Positions 25,426 to 36,354 of a stretch of DNA of 64,000 nucleotides are shown here, piece by piece (the first letter of the stretch is position 1; each line of letters opens with the position of its first letter). The DNA comes from Lepidodermella squamata (Eukaryota > Animalia > Gastrotricha). The translations under genes were made by a program, and so were the position numbers. The stretch covers positions 4,898,001-4,962,000 of the forward strand of contig JBLDXI010000015.1 in the NCBI GenBank assembly GCA_047495785.1, written 5' to 3'. The notes under the pieces are model-generated. The model had not been told where the DNA came from, ran no database searches, and worked only from the letters and a program-made list of their open reading frames with translations.

Positions 25426-27117
25426 CACTTCGCGTCTTCTAGTATATTAAGGCCTAGCTATGCGGTTTTCTTCCGGTATTGCCGTGCGTAAAAATCGAGT
25501 TGATCTAGTGGACCAATGTGCAGTTCGACTTGTCAAGCTCAAATGAATTTTAAATCCAAAATTTTGTAGAGATAACCTTTTAACGATAATATTTGACCTT
25601 TAGCGCCGAAAAATAATTAATAGCACATTACATTCTTTCTACCTGATATACACCGCTTATGTCATCATAGGTCGCCTATTTATCAGTTCGAATTACTACT
25701 CAACAACTGTATACACGACGCTCTTCCGCGATAAATGTGCGATATTACCAGATGGAATTTTAAAGTTTATTTGCGTCTGTATTTGCGTCATTTGATCTCC
25801 ATATTCGTGGCAATACGGCCGCCATTTGTATAAAGAATAGCTGTTTCGAAAATAAATTGGTGAAAATCGAATAAAAGCTCGGTGTTTATTACTTTGTCCC
25901 TCACTTCAAAAAATCTGACCCACTTCTCGCAATCTCAGATTCGGTCGAATTTCGCAGCCGATATCAGCACAATGAGCCACAATTTAAGCTTTATTGAGCA
26001 ATTAACGGGCCATAAAAACTGACAGGATGATGCGTGACCTCGCATCCTCTCGGCAAGCTTTGACCTAGTGCGGACAGCCCCGCCGCACTGACCCGTTCGT
26101 TGGCCGACAGTCATTATCGAAAAGGCGCGATTTCCAACGGCATGAGAAGCCGCGAAACACACGCTGCACCGACAATCTCGGCGCAGCGATTAGCGGCTAC
26201 ATCGCTGACTCGGCAAGTCAAAGGGAGCAATTTCGGCTACGCTTCATCGGCGGCAATACGCCTGACGATTCAATAATTCTTGCGTAAGCATCAAATTCAT
26301 AGGCAAGAGTCATACGGTTTACCACCGCATCAAGTAATACCAATCGCTAATTACCAGATGGTGGAGGATAGTAGATAGCATACCGCGTATTCAAGATCCC
26401 CTTGTCATATAAATTCAGCAATTTCGACTGAAGACCAGGGGCTTGAAATAGGAAAAATTAAATGAATTAGCACGGTTATTGATTTAGATCTCCTGCGTTC
26501 CTGTTACTGATTAAACTAAAAACATTTTCGCTTCTACAAATGAACGGCGCTGTTGTGCACTTCTGAGATAATAATACATGCCAATAAACGTGAAATATTC
26601 AGAAAAAACACTAGGGCGACGTATTCAAGCGAGACAGATATACTGTCATCTTGAAAAAGGAAAGATTTTGTTATTATCTTCACCACTGCTGATTTCAAGC
26701 GTTTCAAGCGTTGAATTGGTAGAATCAATCAAGAAAAGGCAGATCGATCGTCCCGACTGAAATTGTTCATTTTTCATGAAAACTTTCCATCCAACATCAA
26801 TTAACGCAGCAAAAACTGATGATATGGGGCGGTGTTTTTAATTCAGTTAATGTCATTGATAGTTTTCAACTTTATCCATCGCGATGGGTATTTCTCCACT
26901 AAACGCTCAGTAAATGTACATCCGCCACTTCATCGGTCTCTTTTACTGGTCTTCATCTCCGTTCACAAGCGGACAGAGTTTTCAGGGCCCTTCATTGTTA
27001 AGCGAACCTTGACGCTAAGATCAGCTAGCGGAGGTGGAATTAAAAACTGGTATCCGGCTAATCCTAATAGTGTAATTACGCGCGTATCAAGGACGCACAC
27101 AGTGGTTAATCGCGCAA

Positions 27118-27187
27118 GGGGCGGAGCTTGGGCGCACCCCGTTGTGCAGCCAATCAGCGAACGCGGCACTCGCGGCTGGTATAAAAG
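27118..27187 (+). promoter_or_regulatory. nanos core promoter: GC box, CCAAT box, TATA box
   Basis: GGGGCGGAGC (~27118), GCCAATCAG (~27149) and TATAAAA (27180) in canonical order ~80 bp upstream of the ATG (context ACCATGG). Confidence 0.6.
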
Positions 27188-27263
27188 CAAGTCAACTCTT
27201 CGTTTTGTTATCACAACTCGCATCGCTCTATCTACGCAAATAAATAAACGTTTCGATTAAACC

Positions 27264-28182
27264 ATGGACGCATCTTGGAATCCGTTGTTCGACAATTCGG
27301 TGTTCAGTTTTTTCTCGCTCGGCTCAAAACAGCAGCGCGATTCGTGTGTCGCCCACGAGCAAGTCGACTTCCTCGAAATGGATATGTCGTCACCTTCGCC
27401 AGTTACTTCACCGCGTTTCGATGAACGCAGCCCTTCGATCGGTATCGACTGCAACTCCCGCCCTGAATCCGAGCTGAAATGTTACTCAAGCGCCGATCGG
27501 GTGTCGTCGTCTGCGATGGGCAAAATCGACGAAGAAGCGCGGCAGTCATCTCCCAGCACCTTCGTTGCTGGTAATTCGGCAAGTTCAACCGAAATTCGTT
27601 CTGTCGATGGCGATGAACCAGCTCGAGAATCGCCGATCATTGTTACGCCTGACGACTGGGCTAACTGGCGCGAATGGGGCATCAAAACAGCGCCGTCGTG
27701 TCCTCGTAAGTTTCCTGTTCCGTTTGCTTCCACCCGATTTTAAATTGCTTATTTTTTAGCGCTCGACCAACTGTTTGAAAACAAGCGCAACTGGCGTGAA
27801 AAGTTCAACTCAGCCGTACCACCACCCATGCAACGTCACTGCGTTTTCTGTCGTTCGATGAAGAAGCCGCCCCACGAATTTTTGTCACACAACGTGCGCG
27901 ACGAACGAGGTCAGATTAAAAATGGATTTACGGCGGCATTTTTACATTTGATGTTTATTTTTAGGCAATGTCACATGTCCGGTGCTTTCGGTTTACCGCT
28001 GCCCTAATTGCGGCGAGAAGGGCCACACCGTTCGGTATTGCCTGCGCCCTCAAAACGAAGCCAAGTTGGCCGAAAGCCGCGCTGCTGCGAAGAACAAGTC
28101 GCGTCAAAGCTACAGCAACAACAAACGTCCGCGAAACGCCTACACGACTTTCCAGCGTAAACCGATCAGCAGCAGTTACTGA
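27264..28182 (+). CDS. nos: Nanos CCHC zinc-finger RNA-binding protein
   Basis: Exons 27264-27705, 27760-27909, 27965-28182 give CVFCRSMKKPPHEFLSHNVRDERGNVTCPVLSVYRCPNCGEKGHTVRYC; the first finger and linker match nanos spacing C-x2-C-x12-H-x10-C-x7-C. Confidence 0.92.
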
Positions 28183-28977
28183 TCGCGATTTCGTATTGCT
28201 CAGCTCGACTCATCTTGTGCCCACTTGTACAATTTCTTTTCGATCGCTATTCATTATTCAATTGCTCATGATACCTGTACTTATTCTGAATATTGATTGC
28301 AGCAGTTTCATCGATAACGTTATTGTATCATTCTATCGAGCGTTACACCATCATTATTGTTCTTATTATTTCTCGTTTTTGTTAAAGTCTGCCGAGACTT
28401 CTTATTCGCTGTGGCTAACTCGGCTACTCTTCATTCATTGTAAATACCTCCTCCGTTTTGAAATACTGCGTGCTTGAAATTTTACCGGCGAAATTTTTAT
28501 CATGATGATGATTACGGTTTATGCATTTTTATCAGTAAAAAGAAAAACTTTTTAACTCGTTTATGTTTTTTTCACCGGGGTCGGTTGTGTAAAGGCTAGT
28601 GCGATTTGACCTACTGCGGACTGCGTGTTTGCGTTCTTCAAATAAAAACAACACCACATTGCAAATCGACACATTTTATTACAACCCTCGCGCCGACGTG
28701 CATTTAATGGAAGTCAACAAATTAGTAGAAAATCAGGTCCACCATCACCGCGCGCTGTTCATTTTTTGCACTTTTCGTGAATAATAATTTATTTACAGCG
28801 TAGAAATAAGCATGCTGATTGAGGTAAAGACAGATTAGAAAACAATTAGCGGATTCACAACCCAAATCAAATTTGATTGAACGTCTGAGATAATATAGCA
28901 TACAAATCAGGTCAAATATCAAAACAAAAACAAATTTATAAATCGAGACGGATTTTTTCAAGTTTAAATTAGCGAGA

Positions 28978-31900
28978 TTAAAAATTGCGAGCCGTTGCTT
29001 TGAGTTTGGCGTAAGCTAGGCGTTCTCCGTGGTCACCGGCGCTCGATTCAGAGCTCGATTCAGTCCAGGACAAGGAGCAATCGAAAATGCCGGCTTCATT
29101 CATTATCGACGCAGATGAGCAGCGAATCTCATCGTTGGCTGTAGACAGCTTCGGAGCAGGCTTTAGAGTCGTATTTTTGGTGGCATTGAGCTGGCCACCG
29201 GCGCCGAAGGTTGTGGAAAAAGCGGGCGAGACTGAAGAGACGCGTGAATCTTCAAGAGCCTGGGTGGTTTGAGCAATGTTGAACAGGTCGACGGTTGAAT
29301 TCGGGCCGTGCTGATAGTTGCCAAGGCCAGAGTCTTTTCCGCTCTTATTTTGATTCAATTCAATGGGAGTGGTTGAGCGATCTCCTAGAAAAAGAAACCT
29401 CAAATTTAATAATTCTATCATTTCGACAGTATAATCGAACAATAATAAAATTCAAATAATCGGACTTGAGGCGAAATTTCTTTAGGTGCAACTCTGGTTC
29501 TCTGCATTGTTTCAGGTAACCATAGGCAGATTATGAGGGTTGTAATAACTCGAATAATTCGAAGTGCATTCAGCAATGTAGGTCAATCACTGTAGAACTA
29601 GGTCATCGAACGGCAATAACCTACCTAGGTTTTTCGCCACCTGAAGTTTTTGGCGCAGTGACCTTGCCCCAAAGCAATAAAAACTTCAATCGAATATTAC
29701 CCATTATATCATATCGAACGATGGTTGATATAATCAGGATTTGGCCCTTCCAAGGAAAGATCATTCATACACCATGTAATACGCAATATGAATTACTGAT
29801 GATTTCCCTTCTTCACCCCGCAAGTTGCACGCAAAAGACATCATTGGTGTAAAATCAACAATAAACGTTGAATTTAGATCAAACGAATCAGCGGAAATCA
29901 GTAATGGTGCGATAGCTAAATAACGCTGCATAAAGGCAGCGAAACCTCAGTTTCATGAGATAAGCCAGGTTTCAAGGATTTTAACACTTTAGCTGCCCAA
30001 ATTACGGCAAAAGTACCGTTGCGGTCATAACTAAGTATCGGTATTTCGTATCGACACTAAGTTTCGTTATTCTGTACCGACATTTTTGACGTTACGAAAT
30101 ACGGTAATAAGGATATTTTGATATTTTGAGGATATTTTGCTCGACACCACCTTCAAGACCAACGTCGAGAAGTACAAGCTGTGCACTTTTGTCTACCTCT
30201 GCCCGCTGACCGGAAGCACCCGGGTTGCGGCCATCTCTCTCCTCGCCGACGAACGCCAGCACAACGTCAAGGCAATGTTGCAGGAGTTCGGGGCGATTTA
30301 CGGCGCCGGCCCGTGGTTCTTCATGGTAGACAAGGACTTCGACCAAATCGATCTCTTGCGCGAGTTGTTCCCCGGCTGCATCATCCTGTTGTGCATCTTT
30401 CACGTGCTCAAGTATATGCGGAACGTCATCGCCACAATTCGCAACAACGACGCCGTCGATTTAGTCGAATACAAGACCCAGGTGTTTGATGCGTTAAAAG
30501 CAATGATTAAGGCGCGGCGGGAAGAGGCCTTCAGGGAGGCTGTTGAGGCCTGGCGCGCACTAGTTCCGCAGCCCGTGTCGGTGAATCGCACGCACGCAGG
30601 AGCAATCACCCGCCGATTATTTCGAGCGTAATTGGCTTAATTGCGTCGAGATGTGGGCACTGTACGCTCGTTACCCGATTTTGCTGACCAATACAACAGG
30701 TCGAGTTGAGCGATTTTTCGGCTCCATCAAGGGCGAGATGTGCGCGCAGTTTTCGACTAAGCCGCCGATGCCTGTCTTCGTTCCTTTCCTTCTCTCTTCC
30801 ATTGCGCGCCGCCGGGCCGAGAAGACCGTTGTCAAACGCGCCGTTCGCCGCGGCGATGAGTTCGAGAAGCTACTGGACGAGGCATCATACCACATTTCCG
30901 AGTAAGTTGAATCTCCCAGTTGGATTTTTAAGTTGGATTTTTAACTTTTTCGCATTTCAGCTTCGCCCTCGAGCACTTTCATGGCTCGCTCAAGCGATTC
31001 AAAACACGCATTCAAAAATGTGAACAAGACGACGTCGACTATAGCACGACGCCGGCGAGCTGTAATTGTTCTTTTTTCGCTCAACTCGCGCTGCCGTGTC
31101 ATCACATTGTTTTCTTGCGCTCGAAGTTCGAACTGCCGCTATTCGAGAAGGGGCTCTTTCACAGCCGTTACTTCAACGACTTCATTCGCCTCAACAACGC
31201 CCAGGCCACTGAGGACACGACGCCGGGAAGTTTCGTTGAAGGCAAGGCAAGGACTCCGGCCGGATGAAGGGCAAGCCGTAGAAAGTCTTCAATCGCAAAA
31301 ACTAGTTTTTTACTGTTTTGTTACTTTGGTGTTGTTCTGTATAAGTCTCACCTTTTTCTAAACAAAATCAGCGGAAAATTTGGAATAAATCAGGTTCGTT
31401 TCCGCTGTTAATATAGTGTTTTCCGGTTAAAAACGAGTGTGTTTACATAGCCAATAGCGCAAACCCAGGTATTAACGCCCGCTGTGTTCAAGTAGACAAT
31501 CCTGTGTTCACATAGCCACGTCCAAAATAAATTAATTACAGCAATTTTCGCACAAATTCGCGATTACTTTGAATTTTCTCTGAAATAGAGTGCGTTTTTG
31601 CGTGTTTGCTTCTTTCGATCACCACTTTTGAAGCAAAATTTCCCTAATTGAGAAGGTTTCGCCAAGTTAATCAAGGAATAGCGTGGGATAAAGCGTGGAA
31701 TAGCGTGGAATAAGGTGGATTAAATGTTTGCTCGTTTCGATCACAACCCTCTTTGACATGTGCTTTCGACAACATTTTCGTTAGAATATAAACGTTTTTT
31801 CCGTCAGTTTCATTTTGGAAATTAATTATCAATCAGCTTACCATTTTTCAAATTCATCGAAGCTTTAGTTCGAAGCGACTTTTTCCCAGCAGATGTCGGC

Positions 31901-33430
31901 GTGTTAGAGCCAGCGGAGTCCTGTCCACCGATACATTTACGCGAACGCTTCTCCTTCGGCTGGCTATTCAACGCATTCGTCACAGTCGAAGCCCCACCAA
32001 CCGAAAAATGTTCGAACCGACGACGCAGATCATTGACAGACTCCCGCTCCGCCTCTCCATCCCCATCCACACGATCAACAGCTTCGGCTGCGTTGGCAGA
32101 CGAACAACGCGGAAAGCGTGCCTTATTAGCAACATGGTTAGGTTGCGGCGTCGTCATTGTGGCTGCGCCCATTTTGACTTTGTTCATCGGCGGGCGGCGG
32201 ATGTTTTTCAACGACGGCGATTCGCGACCTGTCGTCGTGACAGTCGCCGCTTTTTTCATCTGCTCCTGCTGTTTCAGCAGAACAGTCGCGATTGTCGAAG
32301 AGTTTTTGGCAGGGTTAGACGCAGCGTTGAATGCGGGAAATACCTTCTTCGGACTGCTTTTCACATGCGATTCAACACTTTTGTTTTGAAACGGGTTGTC
32401 TTGACTTCTGTTTCGAGATTTTTCTGTAAAATTTAAGACAACTCAGGCTAAAAATGGAATCAATTATATTTTTTCTACCTTGTTTCGATCCGAAATACGT
32501 AGAGCTTTCGTCGGAAACAGACATCGATTGAACACCAGTAACATCGTCTCGATTAGTTGTTGACATACTGCTCGGTGAGGTCGATGAACACTCGTTTCGT
32601 TCAGCAACTAGCCCGAGCCGTCCACTTTCAGCCAGTGTTTCGTAGAATTGGCAGAGTTTCGAGAAATTTTTCTGACATTTTTTCGTATAATGCGTAATGC
32701 TGCGGCGTTTCAATTTTCCAGCAGCTAAAACACTGGCTTTACGGTCGACTTTGTTCGTGTTCGATAGCGAGCTGACATCCAAATCATCGATTAGATCCAT
32801 CGTCTTCTCAGCCGCAGCCGGCGGGCAGGAATTGGGTGTAGCGACTGCGTTGACTCGAACTGCTGTAGCGTGGAGTGAAGCTGGGGAAGTCGAGCACCGG
32901 CCGGAAAGGGTGACTGGGGCGTAACCAGCTGGTTTGAACGAGGCAGAGTTTGGTCTCGAGGCAGATCCATGCGACATTTGCGGGGTTTTGTTGTTTGAGA
33001 CATTCACCTGACCAGTGGGAGTTTTAGACACAAAACACGACGGCACCTTGACCTGGCCGGGTTTGGTCGCGCTGCCTTGGCTTGGCAAGCTCGGAACAGC
33101 CTGGGTGACAGACTTGGCTAGATTCGGCCTGTCCTCTGATCGTTGACCAAGCGGTTTTTCGACTTCAATCGGCGGATTCCGAGGCACGTGGTGGACCGAG
33201 GCGGTCATCAAAGGCGTTTCATTGCACAGCGGGCTGTTACATGAAGCCAACGGCATGGGCGAGCTGACGGCACTTGCGACGACTTTCAGCCGATCGACTT
33301 CTTCTTCCAGCATTTTCAACTGCTCCAACGACGGTTTGGCTTCAACTTTAGATTTTAGAGCGGCGATCTCATTTTCTAGAGCGGTTAGTCGACCAGGTCG
33401 GACGACGTGACGAGCCTCGGCAGTAGAGTT
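28978..33430 (-). CDS. Uncharacterised low-complexity coiled-coil protein (3' exons; 5' end unresolved)
   Basis: Exons 33430-~32478, ~32424-31842 and 29384-28978 join in frame via GT-AG introns; coiled coil RLTALENEIAALKSKV..LEEEVDRLK; the 2.46-kb intron 29385-31841 contains a MULE. Confidence 0.6.
30130..31523 (+). mobile_element. 5'-truncated MULE transposon (MULE transposase plus SWIM finger), intronic
   Basis: LDTTFKTN..FFMVDKD..LLCIFHV, frameshift, then YFERNW..W..TNTTGRVERFF and SWIM CNC..LPCHH (~31060-31110); probable right end ..GTGTTCACATAGCCACGTCC. Confidence 0.85.
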
Positions 33431-34055
33431 CTGAGGAGAAAAAACGCGTAAAATAAGACAATTTGTCAATATATCGAAGAAATAGGTAAGAAGTGTATCC
33501 CAGAGGTACCGTAACCACTTTAACATACCGAAGAAAATCAGTTATAAACTTTAAAATGAGAGACGAAATCATGGTCATGAATCCATTCCAAATACCACGA
33601 ATAGAATGATACTGTTTTAACGATGACAAATCTGGACAAATCTGGTCCAAACAAGTAAAATATCGATAAATTACACCATACTTGTAACCATCGGAGTTTT
33701 TCGATAAGTTTCAAATGAAGTAAAATGAAACCAGCGAACCTTTATTTTCTTTTCTCGAACCATTTTAGGCGAAACTCCGATATTGTCTTACGCACTGTTC
33801 TCAGCCTATAATAGAAAATGTACTACGGCTCCCTTCCCGCTGTATCACGTGACAAAGCCTAAGCTCCCGACCTCGACCGTGACCTCGGCCTCGTGTCACA
33901 TCAAGCCAGACGCAGTGGTGCATCTTCAACATTTTCTTCTTTTTTGTTTTTGTTTCTTATTTCTTGCACCGTGCTCACGGCTCACGGCGTGAATGTATGC
34001 TTCACATTTCTGAGCGATCGTTTTGATTTCACGCGGGAACCCTATCCTATATATA

Positions 34056-34214
34056 CAGGGTGGCCAAAAATTCCGCTAAAGGCGAATTTGATGCGCATCA
34101 ATTTAATGTGTAGTTTTAAGAAATTGACAATTTCAAGCATTCTTTTCACGATGGAACTCCTATTTTTCTTGTAACTCATTAATTTCGCCTTCTGTGGCTT
34201 TCTTGGCCACCCTG
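34056..34214. mobile_element. Tc1/mariner-type MITE (159 bp)
   Basis: TA|CAGGGTGGCCAA...TTGGCCACCCTG|TA; imperfect TIR extends ~33 bp; TA target duplication. Confidence 0.85.
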
Positions 34215-34982
34215 TAGGCGTTGGCATCATCGCACTAATAATGGAATGTCTTAACACCGTCGGAATTAAATCAGGGCTTGACAATATGCAAACTAAACGA
34301 TCAATAGTGTAGGTCGTGCAACCAGCACCGTGCGCAGGTAAGGAAGATGTCTAACAACCGTCGGAATATCCAAAACCGTGGCCGCGCGTTAATCTTCGCA
34401 TGAAAGCAAAACATGATAAAAGCGCAAAAAATGTATTCGATAGCAATAAATTGAGACCCGCCAAGCGATTTCGGCCCTATCTCTAGCCGCAGCCACTCGA
34501 AAATAGGGTGTTGCTGGTACTAATTCATTGATAAATTGTCACGTGTAACACGCGTCATCTATCATAGCTGTCATCGGAGGATGAGGCAGCATCAACTTTC
34601 TCAAATTCCGAAAATCCACCTCACCCGTTTTTATCGCATCGAATGAATTTGATTTAAGAGCTCGTCCTCTATTAGACACAGCGGTAAAGCTTTTCTGTTT
34701 CACACATAGAAAAAATGCTGAAAAGGCAAATTGTATGTACTTCTCCTAGCTTCTAGAATAATCGGCCCTCGTGCGTGAAGCGAGATTTAGCTGACAGTTT
34801 TTTCTATTGTTGCACGGGAAATGGAAGAGGCATCACAATTTCCCGGTTTTGTCCCCCTCGTCTACGACGTCAGATTCTACTCGTAGGTATTACTGCCATT
34901 AGAATGGAAGGGTGTTCCGACGGTTTAAGATGATGTTACGATGAAATAAATCAAAATAAGTCATTCCGATGGAATAATTCAC

Positions 34983-35038
34983 TTGGTCAGGTGGTTTCAA
35001 GTCTGTGATTGGTTGGTTCAGAGAGCACGTGACACGCA
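34983..35038. repeat. Left arm of 56-bp inverted repeat flanking the tRNA cluster
   Basis: 53/56 identical to the reverse complement of 36125-36180. Confidence 0.95.
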
Positions 35039-35125
35039 CCATTTAATTTTTTCTGCGATTGCTTTTAATCCAGAAGTAATACTAGTAAGGAAATATAAAA
35101 TGTAGCAGTGCTCTACTCTGTCTCA

Positions 35126-35198
35126 GCCCGATTAGCTCAGTCGATAGAGCATGGGACTCTTAATCCCAGGGTCGTGGGTTCGAGCCCCACATTCGGCG
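35126..35198 (+). tRNA. tRNA-Lys(CTT), mutated
   Basis: GCCCGATTAGCTCAGTCGATAGAGCATGGGACTCTTAATCCCAGGGTCGTGGGTTCGAGCCCCACATTCGGCG; D-loop GG>GA, C4:C69 mismatch; T4 terminator follows. Confidence 0.85.
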
Positions 35199-35255
35199 GT
35201 TGTACATTTTCGGCCAATACGCATAGTTCAGCTTTAAAATCGAGGAAAAAGCTAG

Positions 35256-35292
35256 CGCCTTGGCAGGGAATCGAACCCTGGTCTCCCGTGAG
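35256..35292 (-). pseudogene. 3' half of a tRNA-Asp-like gene
   Basis: Minus strand TCACGGGAGACCAGGGTTCGATTCCCTGCCAAGGCG resembles the Asp(GTC) 3' half; oligo-T terminator follows. Confidence 0.6.
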
Positions 35293-35334
35293 CAGTTAAT
35301 CGCAGTTTCTGGGGTTCGAGTCTCCCGAAGGACG
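35292..35334 (+). pseudogene. 3' half of a tRNA-Asn(GTT)-like gene
   Basis: GCAGTTAATCGCAG..GGGGTTCGAGTCTCCCGAAGGACG resembles the Asn anticodon arm to 3' end; 5' half absent. Confidence 0.55.
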
Positions 35335-35409
35335 CAAGCTTTCAAAAACTTACTGCTAGTTTTAAGTTATTGTTTAGAATGCCTTTGTTAAATATTGACT
35401 CAAATACAT

Positions 35410-35483
35410 GGGGTATTAGCTCAAATGGTCGAGTGCTCACTTAACATGCGAGAGGCAACGGGATCGGCACCCGTATCCTACCA
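35410..35483 (+). pseudogene. tRNA-Ala-derived gene with AAC anticodon
   Basis: GGGGTATTAGCTCAAATGG..TTAACATGCGAGAGG..GGGATCG is an Ala(AGC) body; several mismatches; oligo-T terminator. Confidence 0.75.
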
Positions 35484-35552
35484 CCAAAGATTTTTTTGCC
35501 ACGAATGCTTCGGCAGCTAAAATTTGGGACTGAATGGTCATCCAAGCCAAAA

Positions 35553-35625
35553 GGGAAAGTAGCTTAGTTATAGAGTGTCTGTCCAGTTAGCAGAAGATTG
35601 AAGGTTCGATCCCCTGAGCCTTGCT
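35553..35625 (+). pseudogene. Degenerate tRNA-Thr(AGT)-like gene
   Basis: GTAGCTTAGTT..TCTGT-CC-AGT-TA-GCAGA-AGAT..GGTTCGATCC; poor acceptor stem; oligo-T terminator. Confidence 0.5.
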
Positions 35626-35680
35626 CGATTTTTTGCGATAAGCAGTGATTTTTGCAAAAAACTCATTTCAAAGCAAAACT

Positions 35681-35752
35681 TTCCCTGACCGGGAATCGAA
35701 CCCGGGCCGCCGCGGTGAAAGCGCGGAATCCCAACCACTTGACCATCTAGGA
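35681..35752 (-). tRNA. tRNA-Glu(TTC), slightly mutated
   Basis: TCCTAGATGGTCAAGTGGTTGGGATTCCGCGCTTTCACCGCGGCGGCCCGGGTTCGATTCCCGGTCAGGGAA; A:A mismatch in the acceptor stem. Confidence 0.85.
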
Positions 35753-35828
35753 GATATGAAATTAAATACCTGGATTATGTGATAAATTTTCAATACCTTG
35801 TTGAAATTCAAATTTAGAAAAAACGAGT

Positions 35829-35900
35829 GGGCCCGTTCGGGAAATGAACCCAAGACCTCTCGCACCCGAAGCGAGAATCATACTCCTAGACCAACGGGCC
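35829..35900 (-). tRNA. tRNA-Pro(CGG), mutated
   Basis: GGCCCGTTGGTCTAGGAGTATGATTCTCGCTTCGGGTGCGAGAGGTCTTGGGTTCATTTCCCGAACGGGCCC; altered D and T loops. Confidence 0.85.
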
Positions 35901-35969
35901 TGCGATAGAAAACCCCCGAGGGCTTCTAACATGGCAATTAGGATAGGCCAAAAGCAGCGCAAAAAGGTA

Positions 35970-36042
35970 CGCTGAGACCCAGGATCGAATCAGGGACCTT
36001 TAGATCTTCAGTCTAACGCTCTCCCAACTGAGCTATCTCATC
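35970..36042 (-). tRNA. tRNA-Phe(GAA), mutated
   Basis: GATGAGATAGCTCAGTTGGGAGAGCGTTAGACTGAAGATCTAAAGGTCCCTGATTCGATCCTGGGTCTCAGCG; G53>A in the B box, A2:G71 mismatch. Confidence 0.85.
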
Positions 36043-36124
36043 TAAATGGCAGAAGGGTGGTCACTTTCCGTTACATTTCAAATTTCACGATCGCAGATAA
36101 AAATTAAAACAACCCCTCGAACTA

Positions 36125-36180
36125 TGCGTGTCGCGTGCTCTTTGAACCAACCAATCACAGACTTGAAACCACCGGACCAA
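36125..36180. repeat. Right arm of 56-bp inverted repeat flanking the tRNA cluster
   Basis: Reverse complement of 34983-35038 with 3 mismatches; contains CCAAT motifs. Confidence 0.95.
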
Positions 36181-36354
36181 TCAGATAATTGTGGATTCAC
36201 TGATTCCACTAAGATTTCCGACGGTTCAAGTCAAAATGGTACGAGAAAAGAAAATAAAGGTTCGATGATATTAGCTTATTATGATATTAGTCCTTTCTAA
36301 TACCTACGATGGAATCGCATATGAAGAATGGAACATTCTTCCGGTAGGAGCAAA

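Noticed and set aside
25900-26410. Possible exons (CGQPRRTDPF..NTPDDSIILA)
   Set aside because: Splice sites are plausible but there is no recognisable homology or complete gene model.
27650-27690. DDWANWREWGI as a nanos NOT1-interacting motif
   Set aside because: Only loosely like FxxWxDYxxL; not supportable.
31679-31720. Short GCGTGGAATA tandem repeat
   Set aside because: Only 3-4 imperfect units; unremarkable slippage.
35108-35962. Short ORFs across the tRNA cluster
   Set aside because: Spurious translations of tRNA sequence.
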